From positions 128,001-192,000 of the forward strand of contig CAVYYZ010000001.1 in the NCBI GenBank assembly GCA_963772835.1: 64,000 nucleotides of DNA. Reading direction: 5' to 3'. The position numbers and the translations under genes are program-made. This document shows, in pieces, positions 11,147 to 22,477 of this stretch. How positions within the stretch are numbered: the first letter of the stretch is position 1; the number at the start of each line of letters is the position of its first letter. The notes below the pieces were generated by a model. It made no database searches, was not told where the DNA came from, and saw nothing but the letters and a program-made list of their open reading frames with translations. The stretch is from an uncultured delta proteobacterium (GTDB lineage Bacteria > Desulfobacterota > Desulfuromonadia > Geobacterales > Pseudopelobacteraceae).

Positions 11147-13270
11147 TCACAATTCCTCCTGGGCAACTTGTCCCGTTCCGTAAAGTCCGCTCTGCTGAAG
11201 AAGTATCACCAATTCTGCTGCGGTTGAGACAGCGGGATAGCAGATGCCCGGTACGCAGAGTGAGAGGGAGAGGGAAGTCGTTCGGTTCTCGCTCCGGACG
11301 ATCAGATTTTTGATGTAGTGATGATGCAGTGATGCATTGAGTGCAAAAGCTTCAGGGGAATCTGTTTCTCCGGCGAATGTGGCGATTACCGGTTCAGAAT
11401 TCAACAGCGAGAGAACCTGCAGAGCTCCCAGATGCCCGAGCGGGTTGTGCTGAATATCGTCGATGATCCCGTTCAGCACCGTTCGGGCAGATTCAAGCAG
11501 TTGCGGCCTGTCGTCGATCCAGCTCAACCGGTAGAGAACGTGAGCGGTGGCGGCGAGAGCCGATGGAGTCACGCCGTCGTGATCTGACGATACCCGGGCA
11601 GGCATCTGCTCGGCATCAAGACCTGTAAGGGTGAATTCACCGGAGTCAGGATCACGGAAAAGGCGCAGCAGTTCTTCTGTAAGTTTTCTTGATTCATTCA
11701 GCCACATGTGGTCGAGAGTCGCTTCGTACAGGTCCAGCATCCCCCCGGTAATACATGCGTAATCCTCAAGAAAGGCCGGGACATCTGAAGCTCCGTTAAG
11801 ATAGCTGCGCAAGAGTCTGCCATCGGCCCGTCGAAGGGAAGTGAGTATGAAAGAGGCCGCCCGGGAAGCCATGGCGATGTATTCCGGATTATTACTGACA
11901 ATCCCTGCCGCAGCGAGTGCCCCGATCATCAGCCCGTTCCAGGAGGTGATGATCTTGTCATCTCTGAGCGGCCTGATGCGGTCTTCGCGGCGTTCAAGCA
12001 GCTTTGTGCGGCATCTTTCCAGCATGTCCCCGCACTCTGCTGCATTCAGATCGTGTCTACGGCAAAAATCATCGAGCGCGTTCGGGGCGGTGAGTATGGT
12101 ATGCGATTCAAAATTTCCGCCTACCGTCACTGCATGGTAGCTGCAGAACAGCCCGGAATCCGGGCCGAGACAATCGTCAATTTCACGCTTGTCCCATACG
12201 TAGAATTTACCTTCCACCCCTTCTGAATCTGCGTCCAGAGCCGAGCAAAATGCGCCTTCAGATGACATCAGTTCCCGCACCGTAAATATAATGATTTCGT
12301 CCGCCATGATGCGGTAGAAAGGATCTCCGCCGGCACGATAGGCTTTAGTGGCTACCGTGGCCAGCATGGCCTGATCGTAGAGCATTTTCTCGAAGTGGGG
12401 CGCCAGCCAGTACTGATCAACAGAATACCGGTGGAGTCCGTACCCAAGGTGGTCCCAGATGCCGCCGGATTTCATCTTCCGCAGGGTATGGAACGCCATC
12501 TCGAGCGCTGACCGGTCGCCACACTCTCCCTGCTCAATCAGCCAGCCGAGATACATCGGCATCGGAAATTTAGGAGCGCTCCCGAATCCGCCATTTTCCG
12601 GATCGTAGATAGTTTTCAAATGCTGCATCGACTTTCCGGCAATGGCTGTTAAATCAGGTGTGCTCCCATTTCCCCGGCGTTTCCGCGAGCCCTCCAGAGC
12701 CTCCATAATCCCCTGGCAGTTCTTTTCGATCATGTCCGGTCGCTGCCGCCAGAGCGTGGCAATATTGGCAAGCAGATCCATCAGACCGCTCATTCCGGCC
12801 CGCCCCCGCTTCGGGAGGTAGGTAATCGCCATGAACGGCAGCTTCTCCGGAGTCATGAAAATATTGAGCGGCCAGCCGCCGCTTCCGGTCAGAGTCTGCG
12901 AAACGGCCATATAGAAATCGTCGATGTCGGGCCTCTCTTCCCGATCAACCTTGATACAGACGAAATGGCGGTTCAGCAGCGCTGCAACCTCACTGTCCTC
13001 GAATGATTCATGGGCCATGACATGGCACCAGTGACAGGTAGAGTAGCCGATCGAAAGCAGGATCGGCAGGTTTTCAGAGCGTGCCTTGTCGAAGGCCGCT
13101 GATCCCCATTCATACCAATCCACCGGGTTTTCAGCATGCTGCAGCAGGTAGGGGGACCGGGCGAAGATCAGACGGTTGAAGCGGTCGCCGCCGTCGTCGG
13201 GAAGTGTTAATGCATCTATATTCATAAGTCCGGCGACGTACGCAGCTGTATCCTGTGGCGTTTGTGACAT
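11147..13270 (-). CDS. YyaL/SPATA20-family thioredoxin-domain protein
   Basis: NRL...[41 protein letters not shown]. Confidence 0.92.
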   Translation of the reverse strand: MSQTPQDTAAYVAGLMNIDALTLPDDGGDRFNRLIFARSPYLLQHAENPVDWYEWGSAAFDKARSENLPILLSIGYSTCHWCHVMAHESFEDSEVAALLNRHFVCIKVDREERPDIDDFYMAVSQTLTGSGGWPLNIFMTPEKLPFMAITYLPKRGRAGMSGLMDLLANIATLWRQRPDMIEKNCQGIMEALEGSRKRRGNGSTPDLTAIAGKSMQHLKTIYDPENGGFGSAPKFPMPMYLGWLIEQGECGDRSALEMAFHTLRKMKSGGIWDHLGYGLHRYSVDQYWLAPHFEKMLYDQAMLATVATKAYRAGGDPFYRIMADEIIIFTVRELMSSEGAFCSALDADSEGVEGKFYVWDKREIDDCLGPDSGLFCSYHAVTVGGNFESHTILTAPNALDDFCRRHDLNAAECGDMLERCRTKLLERREDRIRPLRDDKIITSWNGLMIGALAAAGIVSNNPEYIAMASRAASFILTSLRRADGRLLRSYLNGASDVPAFLEDYACITGGMLDLYEATLDHMWLNESRKLTEELLRLFRDPDSGEFTLTGLDAEQMPARVSSDHDGVTPSALAATAHVLYRLSWIDDRPQLLESARTVLNGIIDDIQHNPLGHLGALQVLSLLNSEPVIATFAGETDSPEAFALNASLHHHYIKNLIVRSENRTTSLSLSLCVPGICYPAVSTAAELVILLQQSGLYGTGQVAQEEL

Positions 13271-13341
13271 ATCTTTCCCCTTTTGCTCTGCTCTGGGGCC
13301 GGGTTGTTGGGTGAGCCCGGCGGATTGCCGGGATCGAACAG

Positions 13342-15348
13342 CTATTCCCCCAGCATCTGAGCAAAAAAATCAGCAGCAAGATCTTTCGGCGATGCTGCAA
13401 CGCCGTTACCCGCACCCTCAGAACCATTGAGCAGATGCTCCGGAATTTCTGCCAGAAAGCGACTCGGTTTCTGACCTTCCACCGTGCCGTATTTGCGCCG
13501 GGTCATGCATCGCGAAATCGTCAGGTATTTCCTGGCCCGCGTGATGCCGACGTAACAGAGACGGCGCTCTTCGGCTACGTTTGGATCCTCTTCTATCGAG
13601 CGTTTGTGCGGCAGCAGATTTTCCTCCATCCCTACCAGCCAAACGTGGCTGAATTCAAGCCCCTTGCTGGAGTGCAGCGACATCAGAGTGACGGCGTTAG
13701 TGCCGTGCTCCCTGCCATCCTCGGACGGCTTGTCTTCATCCATAAGCGAAATACGTTCCAGAAATGCTGACAGTGTAGCCCGGGGGGTCTGCGCTTCGTA
13801 CGCCGCCAATGAGTTGACCACCTGCTCTATGTTCTCGATTCGTTTACGGGCCTGCGGTGCATCGTTCAGGGTCCGGTACAGCTCGTCCTCTATCCGCAAC
13901 CGGTTGAACAGAAGGTTGACCTGTGCTCCCATATTGTACGAAGTGAAACCGGCCATGACCTCTTTCATCATGGCATGAAACCCCAGCACCGTTTTTTTGC
14001 ATGACGGTGAGATCTCTTCAATTTCACCCGCCCGCCCCAGCGTTTCGAAGAGCGGCACATCTCGATTCATCGACCACTGGTTCAATTTTATCAGCGTCGT
14101 GTCACCGATGCCTCGTCGGGGAAAGTTGATGATTCGAAGCAATGATGCTTCGTCACTGGGATTATCGATCACTTTGAGGTAGGCGATGGCATCCTTGACC
14201 TCTTTGCGCTCGTAGAACTGCTGCCCGCCGATCACTACATAGGGGATGCGCTCCAGACGGAGCTTTTCTTCAAAGGCGCGGCTCTGGGCGTTTGATCGAT
14301 ACAGGATTGCCAGATCCGACCAGCGCAGTTTTTCGCGATACTGCTCCAGCATGATCTGCTCTACAACCTTCGCCGCTTCGTCTTCTTCACTGTCGGCAAC
14401 AATCAGATCAATTTCACGCCCTTTGCCTCCGGATGTCCAGAGCGCCTTGTCCGTCCTTACCGTATTGTTTTTGATGACGCTGTTGGCGGCATCCAGGATG
14501 GCTCCGGTGGAACGGTAGTTCTGTTCCAGCTTGATGGTCACGCAGCCGGGATGATCCTGGGCAAAGTTAAGGATATTTTCCACCTCGGCACCACGCCAGC
14601 CGTAAATAGACTGGTCATCATCACCGACAACGCAGATATTGCCATGTTTTCTGGCCAGCAGAGAAATCAGTAGGTATTGCGACGCGTTGGTATCCTGATA
14701 TTCGTCCACCATGATGTAGCGGAAGCGTTCCTGCCAGTGGCTGAGGATTGCCGGCGTGCTCTGGATCAGCCGCACTGAAAGCATGATGATATCATCGAAA
14801 TCGATGGCGTTAAAACCCTTCAGAAGTTCCTGATACCGGGGGTATACCGCTGCGACCGCTATCTCCAGCGGATCATTGCGGTCCGGGGTAAACTCCTTCG
14901 GCCCGATCAGGCGGTTTTTCAGGGCGGATATTTTCCAGAGAATCCGGTCGGGATCAATTTTTTTCGGATCGATATCGCGTTCGCGAACTGCCTGGCGAAT
15001 AACACCGGCCTGGTCGGAGGTGGAATAGATCGAAAAATTCGGTTTAAAACCGAGCGTGCGAATATCACGTCGCAGGATGCGGACACCAAGTGAATGAAAT
15101 GTAGAAATAACGATGCCCTTGGCAAGCGGTCCCGCCATGCCGAGCACCCGCTCATTCATCTCCCGGGCGGCCTTGTTGGTAAAGGTTACCGCCAGGATGT
15201 TTTCAGCCGGTACGCGCAGATCTTTCAAAAAATGCACAATACGGGTGGTAATGACCTGAGTCTTGCCGGAACCTGCTCCGGCAAGGATCAACAGGGGGCC
15301 GTTGACGGTGTTGACGGCGCATTGTTGGGGGGGGTTGAGTTTTTTCAT
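13342..15348 (-). CDS. UvrD/PcrA/Rep-family SF1 DNA helicase
   Basis: Start [58 protein letters not shown]. Confidence 0.95.
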   Translation of the reverse strand: MKKLNPPQQCAVNTVNGPLLILAGAGSGKTQVITTRIVHFLKDLRVPAENILAVTFTNKAAREMNERVLGMAGPLAKGIVISTFHSLGVRILRRDIRTLGFKPNFSIYSTSDQAGVIRQAVRERDIDPKKIDPDRILWKISALKNRLIGPKEFTPDRNDPLEIAVAAVYPRYQELLKGFNAIDFDDIIMLSVRLIQSTPAILSHWQERFRYIMVDEYQDTNASQYLLISLLARKHGNICVVGDDDQSIYGWRGAEVENILNFAQDHPGCVTIKLEQNYRSTGAILDAANSVIKNNTVRTDKALWTSGGKGREIDLIVADSEEDEAAKVVEQIMLEQYREKLRWSDLAILYRSNAQSRAFEEKLRLERIPYVVIGGQQFYERKEVKDAIAYLKVIDNPSDEASLLRIINFPRRGIGDTTLIKLNQWSMNRDVPLFETLGRAGEIEEISPSCKKTVLGFHAMMKEVMAGFTSYNMGAQVNLLFNRLRIEDELYRTLNDAPQARKRIENIEQVVNSLAAYEAQTPRATLSAFLERISLMDEDKPSEDGREHGTNAVTLMSLHSSKGLEFSHVWLVGMEENLLPHKRSIEEDPNVAEERRLCYVGITRARKYLTISRCMTRRKYGTVEGQKPSRFLAEIPEHLLNGSEGAGNGVAASPKDLAADFFAQMLGE

Positions 15349-15513
15349 ATGGTACGGTGTATCATATATCCTTGCGAGGTTGCAAATTGCTGTCAGTATG
15401 ATAATTGATAGGTGTTCTTTTCTCATAGTCCGGGAGGCGGTATCTTTCATTTTTCTATCTGTTGGTACGCACGTATAAAACGATATGACGGAGGCCCTAT
15501 GAGGGATATTCAC

Positions 15514-16245
15514 ATGAAGAACATATTGTTGTTACCTGTACTGGCTGTCTTCTGGATGTCTCCGGCTGTTGTTTTTGCTTCTCATCCCCTGGTAACCGAG
15601 GACACCGTGACAGTTGCGCCTTCAAAGTTCGAAGCGGAATCATCGGTTGAGTTTGCCACCGGTACTGTTGACAGGTTTACCATTCAGGAAACCGTCAAAG
15701 GCGGCATATCTCCGGACCTTGATGCGTTTTTTTCTGTACCGTTTTCCAGCATGAGCGTTCAGGGCAGGAGCGATAGTGGTTTCAGCGATGTTACTTTTGG
15801 AATAAAATGGAAATTCATGAACGTTGACAACGTGTCATTCGCAGTCAAGCCGTTTCTTGTGCTTCCAGTCGGTAACGGAAAAAACCTCCTCGAGTCTACC
15901 GACGTCGGATTCGGTGCCGTCGGGGTGGCCTCGTTGGCAGTTGATAAAAAACTGACGGTTGATGCCAATCTGGTGCTCAAACATCAGCCTGTTGACGGAG
16001 ACTGGTATAATGAATTCGGTGTTTCAGTCGCAGGTAGATTCAATGCAACCAAAGAATGTAAGGCGGTCGGTGAAATTGTACTGTTGACAAGAGATGGTTC
16101 TGGATCGAAAACTTTGGCTTTTATGGGTATCGGTGCGGTATATGAAATTCAGAAGAATCTTGATGTTGATATCGGTCTGCGTGCGGGACTTACCAATGAA
16201 GCTGAAGACGTTACTTTCCTCGCCGGTGTGACCTGCAAATTCTGA
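15514..16245 (+). CDS. Outer-membrane beta-barrel protein ('transporter'/MetA-pathway-like family)
   Basis: Signal peptide ending VFA, alternating amphipathic strands, SGFSDVTFGIKWKF, C-terminal Phe. Confidence 0.7.
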   Translation: MKNILLLPVLAVFWMSPAVVFASHPLVTEDTVTVAPSKFEAESSVEFATGTVDRFTIQETVKGGISPDLDAFFSVPFSSMSVQGRSDSGFSDVTFGIKWKFMNVDNVSFAVKPFLVLPVGNGKNLLESTDVGFGAVGVASLAVDKKLTVDANLVLKHQPVDGDWYNEFGVSVAGRFNATKECKAVGEIVLLTRDGSGSKTLAFMGIGAVYEIQKNLDVDIGLRAGLTNEAEDVTFLAGVTCKF

Positions 16246-16391
16246 ATTTGTAGAATCAGCAGGCCTGGTGTATGTAAGTAACGTCACCCCTTCAATTCGC
16301 CGTATCAATCCTCTTGTGCAGGTTCGTCATTCTATAAGCATACTCAGTATGACGGAAGAACTGTTCCGGTCAGTCTGAAAACGGAGAGCAT

Positions 16392-18650
16392 GTGAAAGTC
16401 ACCCAGGTCAAAGCAGTTCCATCCCCTAAAAAAACAAAACGTGATTCGGGCAGTGCGGCTTCAGCAGGTACGGTCAAGGGCAAAAAAACTAAAAAACCCG
16501 GTAAATCAGACCGTCCAGAGCCACTGGCTGAAAAACTGTTGCATGTCCCGCTTTTTGACCTGCATGACAGTCAGTGGTTTTTAAACCGCGAGCTCACCTG
16601 GCTGTCGTTCAACCGCCGTGTGCTGCACGAAGCTGAGGATGACCGTACGCCGCTGCTGGAGCGACTCAAGTTTATAGCAATTGTCAGCGGCAATCTGGAC
16701 GAGTTTTTCATGAAGCGTATCGGCGGCCTGAAACAGCAGATCGGAGCCGGCATGCGGGAGCTGACGCTGGATGGACGGACAGCCCGCCAGCAGGTGACTG
16801 AATGTTATGCCGAAATCCGTGATCTTGAGACACGTAAGGAACGTTTTTTTGTCGAAATCTGCTCTCTGCTGGAAGAAAAAAACATCCTGATCGAGCGCTA
16901 TGATGAGTTGACTCCAAAAGAAAAGAAACTGCTGAGAGAGTTTTACTACAGGAATATCTTTCCGCTTCTGACACCCCAATCAATCGACCCTGCCCATCCG
17001 TTTCCGTTTATATCGAATCTGTCGCTCAATCTGTTGGTGTCGTTACGCTACCAGAAGGGCAAACAGAGTTCGCTGGTTCGGATCAAAGTGCCGGTAAATG
17101 CCGGTACCCCGCGCTTCATAAGGATCGGTAAGGGGGAACATTTCATCCGGTTGGAAGAGGTCATGATGAACAACCTGGATATGCTTTTCCCCGGTATGGA
17201 GGTCGTATCGTGTGAGCTTTTCAGGGTGACAAGGAATGCTAATACCGAAAAGGAGGAAGAAGAGGCCGACGATCTGATGGAAATGATCGAATCGGAACTG
17301 AAGGAGCGCAAGTTTGCCCCGATCGTGCGGCTTGAGATCGGCAGCGGTATGGATCCGGTACATCGCGGCCGTCTGGCAGCCGAACTGGAACTGGATGAGG
17401 CGACGGATGTATTTGAAGTCCCCGGACTGCTTGCGATGCGTGATCTGTTAGAATTGACCCGCCTCGATTTTCCCCGGCTGCATGACACTCCGCATCACCC
17501 GATAGACCATCCGCAGCTGCAAACACAGCGCAACATGTTCCATATCATTCGTGAAGCCGGAGCGATTCTATTGCAGCACCCGTATGAATCTTTTTCAACG
17601 TCTGTCGAGCGGTTTTTGCGTGAGGCAGCGACCGATCCAAAGGTCCGCGGGATAAAGATGACGCTGTACCGCACCTCACGCCAGAGCCGAATCATAGACG
17701 CCCTTATTCTGGCCGCGCACAACGGCAAGCAGGTTGCAGTTGTTGTCGAGCTGAAGGCCCGATTTGACGAGGCAACCAACATCAGCCTCGCAGAGAGAAT
17801 GGAAGAGGCCGGAGTGCATGTCACGTATGGAGTTGTCGGCTTAAAGACCCACTGCAAGATCATCATGGTCGTGCGCCAGGATTACAACGGTCTGCGCCGC
17901 TACCTGCACATCGGCACCGGCAATTATCACGCTGAAACCGCACGACTGTACAGTGATGTCGGCCTGTTGACCTGCGATCAGATCATTGCCGAAGATGTCA
18001 CCGAACTGTTCAATTTTCTTACGACCGGTTTTATGCTCAGGCGTAAATATTCAAAACTGTCCCTGGCTCCCCGGATGCTGAAAAAAGCGCTGCTCGATAA
18101 AATTGAACGTGAGATCAATCTGCACCGGACATCCGGCGGAGGGTTGATTCAATTTAAAATAAATGCTCTGGAGGATGGAGATGTTGTGCGGGCTCTGTAT
18201 CGGTCTTCGATGGCCGGAGTTAAGGTCGATCTGATTGTTCGCGATACCTGTCGATTGCGTCCGGGAATACCGGGGCTTTCTGAAACCGTCAGGGTTGTCA
18301 GTATCGTTGGCAGGTTTCTGGAACATGCCCGTATCTACTATTTCCGGAATGGCGGTGCTGAAGAGTATTTCATTTCTTCTGCCGACGCGATGAAGCGTAA
18401 TCTGGAGGCCCGGGTAGAGATCCTCTGCCCGGTGGAACCTCCTGAACTGACAAGGGAGCTGCGGATGGTTTTCGATACGCACCTCGCGGATCAGCGCTCT
18501 GCCTGGGATATGCAGCAGGATGGCACCTACATTCAGCGCATATCTGCTGATGGACAGGGCGAAGGGAGTCACCGGGTATTAATTGCGAGGGCTGAAAAAC
18601 GGGTCAAAGAACATCTGATCAAGAAAAAAACAAAAAAAACGAGAAAATAG
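16392..18650 (+). CDS. ppk1: Polyphosphate kinase 1
   Basis: NRELTWLSFN.RVL, HPFPFISN, HPYESF, ELKARFDE, KTHCK, GTGNY, GRFLEH. Confidence 0.97.
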   Translation: MKVTQVKAVPSPKKTKRDSGSAASAGTVKGKKTKKPGKSDRPEPLAEKLLHVPLFDLHDSQWFLNRELTWLSFNRRVLHEAEDDRTPLLERLKFIAIVSGNLDEFFMKRIGGLKQQIGAGMRELTLDGRTARQQVTECYAEIRDLETRKERFFVEICSLLEEKNILIERYDELTPKEKKLLREFYYRNIFPLLTPQSIDPAHPFPFISNLSLNLLVSLRYQKGKQSSLVRIKVPVNAGTPRFIRIGKGEHFIRLEEVMMNNLDMLFPGMEVVSCELFRVTRNANTEKEEEEADDLMEMIESELKERKFAPIVRLEIGSGMDPVHRGRLAAELELDEATDVFEVPGLLAMRDLLELTRLDFPRLHDTPHHPIDHPQLQTQRNMFHIIREAGAILLQHPYESFSTSVERFLREAATDPKVRGIKMTLYRTSRQSRIIDALILAAHNGKQVAVVVELKARFDEATNISLAERMEEAGVHVTYGVVGLKTHCKIIMVVRQDYNGLRRYLHIGTGNYHAETARLYSDVGLLTCDQIIAEDVTELFNFLTTGFMLRRKYSKLSLAPRMLKKALLDKIEREINLHRTSGGGLIQFKINALEDGDVVRALYRSSMAGVKVDLIVRDTCRLRPGIPGLSETVRVVSIVGRFLEHARIYYFRNGGAEEYFISSADAMKRNLEARVEILCPVEPPELTRELRMVFDTHLADQRSAWDMQQDGTYIQRISADGQGEGSHRVLIARAEKRVKEHLIKKKTKKTRK

Positions 18651-18833
18651 GCCGTTCAACTCAGGTAATTTCCGGGATCATATATAAAAAAATATTTTGT
18701 GACGTCATGCATGTGTATACGCAAGAAATCTGTTGCAATAAAACCGGTTTATATTTTATACATACCACACTGTAAAGAATAAAATTTTATCACATACGTT
18801 ACATCAGCAGAATCTTCTGAAAGGGGGTTAGGT

Positions 18834-19973
18834 ATGAGTAATAACAAGAGCAGTAAGATAACGGAGAATTCAGAACAGAGTTTAGATACGCGGGAATACT
18901 CTGTCGGTGAGATTCTCAAACAGCGCGGGGTATCACGTCGTGATTTCCTCAAGTTCTGTACTGCAATGACGGCTGCAATGTCGCTGCCGGCGTCGTTCGC
19001 GCCATCAGTCGCTCAGGCGCTGGATGAAGTCAAACGGCCGACGCTGGTCTGGCTGAACTTCCAGGATTGCACAGGTGATACGGAGGCACTACTGCGTTCC
19101 GCTAATCCGACCGTCGGCGAGATTATTCTCGATATTCTTTCGGTAGATTATCACGAAACAATTATGGCTGCAGCCGGACACCAGGCTGATGAAGCGCTTG
19201 AAGCTACTATTACCAAGTACAAAGGCAAGTATCTCTGTGTCGTGGAAGGTTCCATCTCCATGAAGGATGGCGGAATTTACGGCTGCACCAGCGGCAGGAC
19301 GCATCTTGAAATTGCCCGACGGGTCTGCGGCAGCGCCCTGGCAACTATCGCTATCGGAACCTGTGCTTCGTATGGTGGAATTGCCGCGGCAGTTCCTAAT
19401 CCGACCGGTGCTGTCGGTGTCAAGGAGGCCGTCCCGGGCGCTACCGTTATCAATCTGCCCGGTTGCCCGTGTAACGCCGATAACCTTACCGCCACGATTG
19501 TTCATTATCTGGTGTTCGGAAAAATTCCGGCTCTCGACGGTCACGGCCGCCCTCTGTTTGCCTACGGCAAGCGTATCCATGACAACTGCGAGCGCCGGCC
19601 GCATTTCGATGCCGGGCAGTATGTCGAAATATGGGGTGATGAAGGGCATCGGAAAGGTTTCTGTCTCTACAAGATGGGGTGCAAGGGACCGGCAACATTC
19701 CATAATTGTCCCACCCAGCGCTACAATGAAAAGACCAGTTGGCCGGTAGCCGCAGGTCACCCCTGTGCCGGATGTTCCGAGCCGCAGTTCTGGGATGCAA
19801 TGGGACCCATGTACAAACGCCTGCCCAATGTGCCGGGTTTTGGTATCGAGCATACTGCCGACAAGATCGGACTCGGCATGGCAGTCGGAGTAGGTGCGGC
19901 TTTTGCGGTCCATGGCGTTGTCAGTGCCTTGCGCAAAGATAAAGACCCTGCTGAAAAAACCAAGGAGGATTAA
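18834..19973 (+). CDS. hyaS: Group 1 [NiFe] uptake hydrogenase small subunit (Tat-exported, C-terminal membrane anchor)
   Basis: SRRDFLK twin-arginine signal; GTCA, PGCP, HDNC, CLYKMGCKGP, NC, HPCAGC; hydrophobic C-terminus. Confidence 0.93.
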   Translation: MSNNKSSKITENSEQSLDTREYSVGEILKQRGVSRRDFLKFCTAMTAAMSLPASFAPSVAQALDEVKRPTLVWLNFQDCTGDTEALLRSANPTVGEIILDILSVDYHETIMAAAGHQADEALEATITKYKGKYLCVVEGSISMKDGGIYGCTSGRTHLEIARRVCGSALATIAIGTCASYGGIAAAVPNPTGAVGVKEAVPGATVINLPGCPCNADNLTATIVHYLVFGKIPALDGHGRPLFAYGKRIHDNCERRPHFDAGQYVEIWGDEGHRKGFCLYKMGCKGPATFHNCPTQRYNEKTSWPVAAGHPCAGCSEPQFWDAMGPMYKRLPNVPGFGIEHTADKIGLGMAVGVGAAFAVHGVVSALRKDKDPAEKTKED

Positions 19974-19976
19974 GAT

Positions 19977-21674
19977 ATGGCCAAGATAGTTGTCGACCCG
20001 ATTACCAGGATTGAAGGGCATCTGCGCATCGAGGCCGAGGTGAATGGAGGCAAGATCATTGATGCCTGGAGTTCCGCCACCATGTTCCGCGGCATCGAGA
20101 AAATTCTCAAAGGGCGTGATCCCCGTGATGCCTGGTACTGGACTCAGCGCTTTTGCGGCGTCTGTACGACAGTCCATTCCATCGCATCCATCCGGGCCGT
20201 TGAGAACGCTCTCAAGATAAAGATTCCGCCCAACGCCGAACTTATCCGCAATATCATCATCGGTACTCAGAACGTTCAGGACCACGTCATTCACTTCTAT
20301 CATCTCCACGCCCTTGACTGGGTGGATATCACTTCCGGCCTTAAAGCCGACCCTGTCAAGACAGCATCCCTGGCAGCATCGATCTCTGAATGGCCGAATA
20401 ACTCAGCCACCTATTTCAAGGCGGTACAGGACAAGGTCAAGGCCTTTGTTGCCTCCGGACGTCTGGGCCCTTTTGCCAATGCCTACTGGGGGCATCCTGC
20501 CTACAAGCTCCCTCCTGAAGCCAATCTCATGGCTACTGCCCATTATCTGGAGGCTCTGGAGTGGCAGAAGGATGTCATCAAGATTCACGCCATTCTCGGG
20601 AGCAAAAATCCGCATCCGCAGACTTTTCTGGTCGGCGGCATGTCGATCCCGATCGATCCGGATTCCCAGAATGCTCTCAACGCCGAAAAACTGATCGAAA
20701 TCAAGCGGCTGTTGAAAAAGGCCCAGGATTTCGTTGAAAAGGTGTATATACCCGACCTGCTGGCTGTCGCTTCATTCTACAAGGATTGGGCCGCCATTGG
20801 CGGCGGTGTCGGCAATTATATGTGCTACGGCGAGTTCCCTGATGCCAACGGCAACATGTGGTTTCCGTCAGGCGCAATCCTGAACAAGGATCTTTCCAAG
20901 GTTCTTAAGGTTGATCAGGGTAAAATTGCCGAATATGTCGACCATTCATGGTTTGAAAATTCTGCCGGAGCGGGAAAAGGGCTGCACCCGTTTGACGGAG
21001 AGACGGAAGTCCGATATACCGGCCCGACGCCGCCGTATAAAAATCTTGACACCAATGCTAAGTATTCATTTGTAAAGTCTCCGCGCTACGATGAAAAGGC
21101 GATGGAAGTCGGCCCGTTAGCCCGTGTGCTGGTTGCCTACGCATCCGGACACAAGGAAACCAAGGCGGTCGTTGATCTGGTGCTGAGCAAGCTGGGCGTC
21201 GGGGCCGGAGCGCTCTTCTCGACTCTGGGACGAACCGCCGCGCGCGGCATCGACTGCCTGCTGAACGTCCAGCAGACTCCCAAATTTCTGGATGAACTGA
21301 TCAACAATATCTCCAAGGGTGATTACCGTATCCATGCCAATGAGAAGTGGGATCCCTCAACGTGGCCGGCTGAAGCCAGCGGTTATGGTATGCATGAGGC
21401 TCCGCGCGGAGGACTCGGTCACTGGATCAAGATCAAGGATCAGAAAATTCTCAACTATCAGGCGGTCGTGCCTTCAACCTGGAATGCATCACCCCGCGAT
21501 GCAAAAGGGCAGCGCGGGCCATATGAGGCCGCTCTGGTAGGGACTCCGATTGCCGATCCCAACAAACCTCTGGAGATCCTGCGTACCATCCACTCCTTTG
21601 ACCCGTGTCTTGCCTGCGCCGTCCATGTTCTGGATGCCAACGGCAACGAAATGGTCAAGGTCAAGGTATCCTAG
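19977..21674 (+). CDS. hyaL: [NiFe] hydrogenase large subunit
   Basis: DPITRIEGH, L1 QRFCGVCTTVH, L2 FDPCLACAVH followed by a cleavable C-terminal extension. Confidence 0.95.
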   Translation: MAKIVVDPITRIEGHLRIEAEVNGGKIIDAWSSATMFRGIEKILKGRDPRDAWYWTQRFCGVCTTVHSIASIRAVENALKIKIPPNAELIRNIIIGTQNVQDHVIHFYHLHALDWVDITSGLKADPVKTASLAASISEWPNNSATYFKAVQDKVKAFVASGRLGPFANAYWGHPAYKLPPEANLMATAHYLEALEWQKDVIKIHAILGSKNPHPQTFLVGGMSIPIDPDSQNALNAEKLIEIKRLLKKAQDFVEKVYIPDLLAVASFYKDWAAIGGGVGNYMCYGEFPDANGNMWFPSGAILNKDLSKVLKVDQGKIAEYVDHSWFENSAGAGKGLHPFDGETEVRYTGPTPPYKNLDTNAKYSFVKSPRYDEKAMEVGPLARVLVAYASGHKETKAVVDLVLSKLGVGAGALFSTLGRTAARGIDCLLNVQQTPKFLDELINNISKGDYRIHANEKWDPSTWPAEASGYGMHEAPRGGLGHWIKIKDQKILNYQAVVPSTWNASPRDAKGQRGPYEAALVGTPIADPNKPLEILRTIHSFDPCLACAVHVLDANGNEMVKVKVS

Positions 21675-21688
21675 AAAGGGGGGCGACC

Positions 21689-22411
21689 ATGAGCGAACCT
21701 TTAGTATTTAAACGATATTACGTATGGCAGCTGCCGGTACGCATCTGCCACTGGGTTACCGCATTATCCATACTACTTCTGTCAGTTACCGGCATTCTGA
21801 TCGGCTATCCGCTTATTGCCGGGAGCTCGCCTCAATCCTTTGTTATGGGCTGGGTCCGCTTCATTCACTTTGTGGCCGGGTATGCCCTTTTGATCAGCGT
21901 CATCTCCCGCCTGCTCTGGTCCCTCAATGACCATTGCTTCTCGGGGTGGCGGGAATATTTCCCCTTCCTTACCAAGGAGGGAAGGAAGGAAATTCTGGTG
22001 ATGCTGAAATTCTATTTTTTCATCGATCGCAAGACGCCGGACTCTGTCGGGCATAACCCGCTTGCGGTAACGGCGTACGTCGGGCTTTTCCTGATCTTCT
22101 TCGGGATGTTTGTGAGCGGATTTGCGCTGTATGCCGAATATGCTCCGGGTGGTGCCATGTATGCGGCGTTGAAACCGGTGTATCTGCTTATACCCACCCA
22201 GACAATGCACCTGTATCACCATATAGGAATGTGGCTGATCATCTGCTTTGTCATCAACCATATCTATAGCGTATGGCTTTTGGACATAAAGGAAAAAGGG
22301 GGGGAGATAACCAGTATTTTCAGCGGTTATAAATATACCACCAAGGTACATGTGTTCTCAGAAGGTAAAGAGTGTGACGAAAACGGTTGTTTTATCAAGG
22401 TCAAGAAATAG
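21689..22411 (+). CDS. Hydrogenase b-type cytochrome subunit
   Basis: VWQLPVRICHW, RFIHF, GHNPLA, HHIGMW...NHIY, SIFSGYK; four TM helices. Confidence 0.92.
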   Translation: MSEPLVFKRYYVWQLPVRICHWVTALSILLLSVTGILIGYPLIAGSSPQSFVMGWVRFIHFVAGYALLISVISRLLWSLNDHCFSGWREYFPFLTKEGRKEILVMLKFYFFIDRKTPDSVGHNPLAVTAYVGLFLIFFGMFVSGFALYAEYAPGGAMYAALKPVYLLIPTQTMHLYHHIGMWLIICFVINHIYSVWLLDIKEKGGEITSIFSGYKYTTKVHVFSEGKECDENGCFIKVKK

Positions 22412-22441
22412 CCTGATTGAGTTGATACGATACGATTCTAA

Positions 22442-22472
22442 CGACGGGGTGGGCGACCACCCCGTTTTTTTA
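22442..22472 (+). terminator. Intrinsic terminator between the hydrogenase operon and the convergent emrB
   Basis: ACGGGGTGG-GCGA-CCACCCCGT hairpin followed by TTTTTT. Confidence 0.8.
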
Positions 22473-22477
22473 TTGTG

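Noticed and set aside
18690..18805. Rex/CRP-like operator upstream of the hydrogenase (TTTGTGAC..., ATAAAATTTTATCACA)
   Set aside because: Only half-sites or AT-rich palindromes; the match is too weak to assign a regulator.
19089..20309. 406-aa minus-strand ORF (similarly 30396-31454 and 46537-47337)
   Set aside because: Antisense to well-supported hydrogenase, ptsP and cti genes; expected from codon bias.
21595..21630. Possible selenocysteine ([NiFeSe]) hydrogenase
   Set aside because: The L2 motif is encoded by ordinary Cys codons (DPCLAC) with no in-frame TGA.
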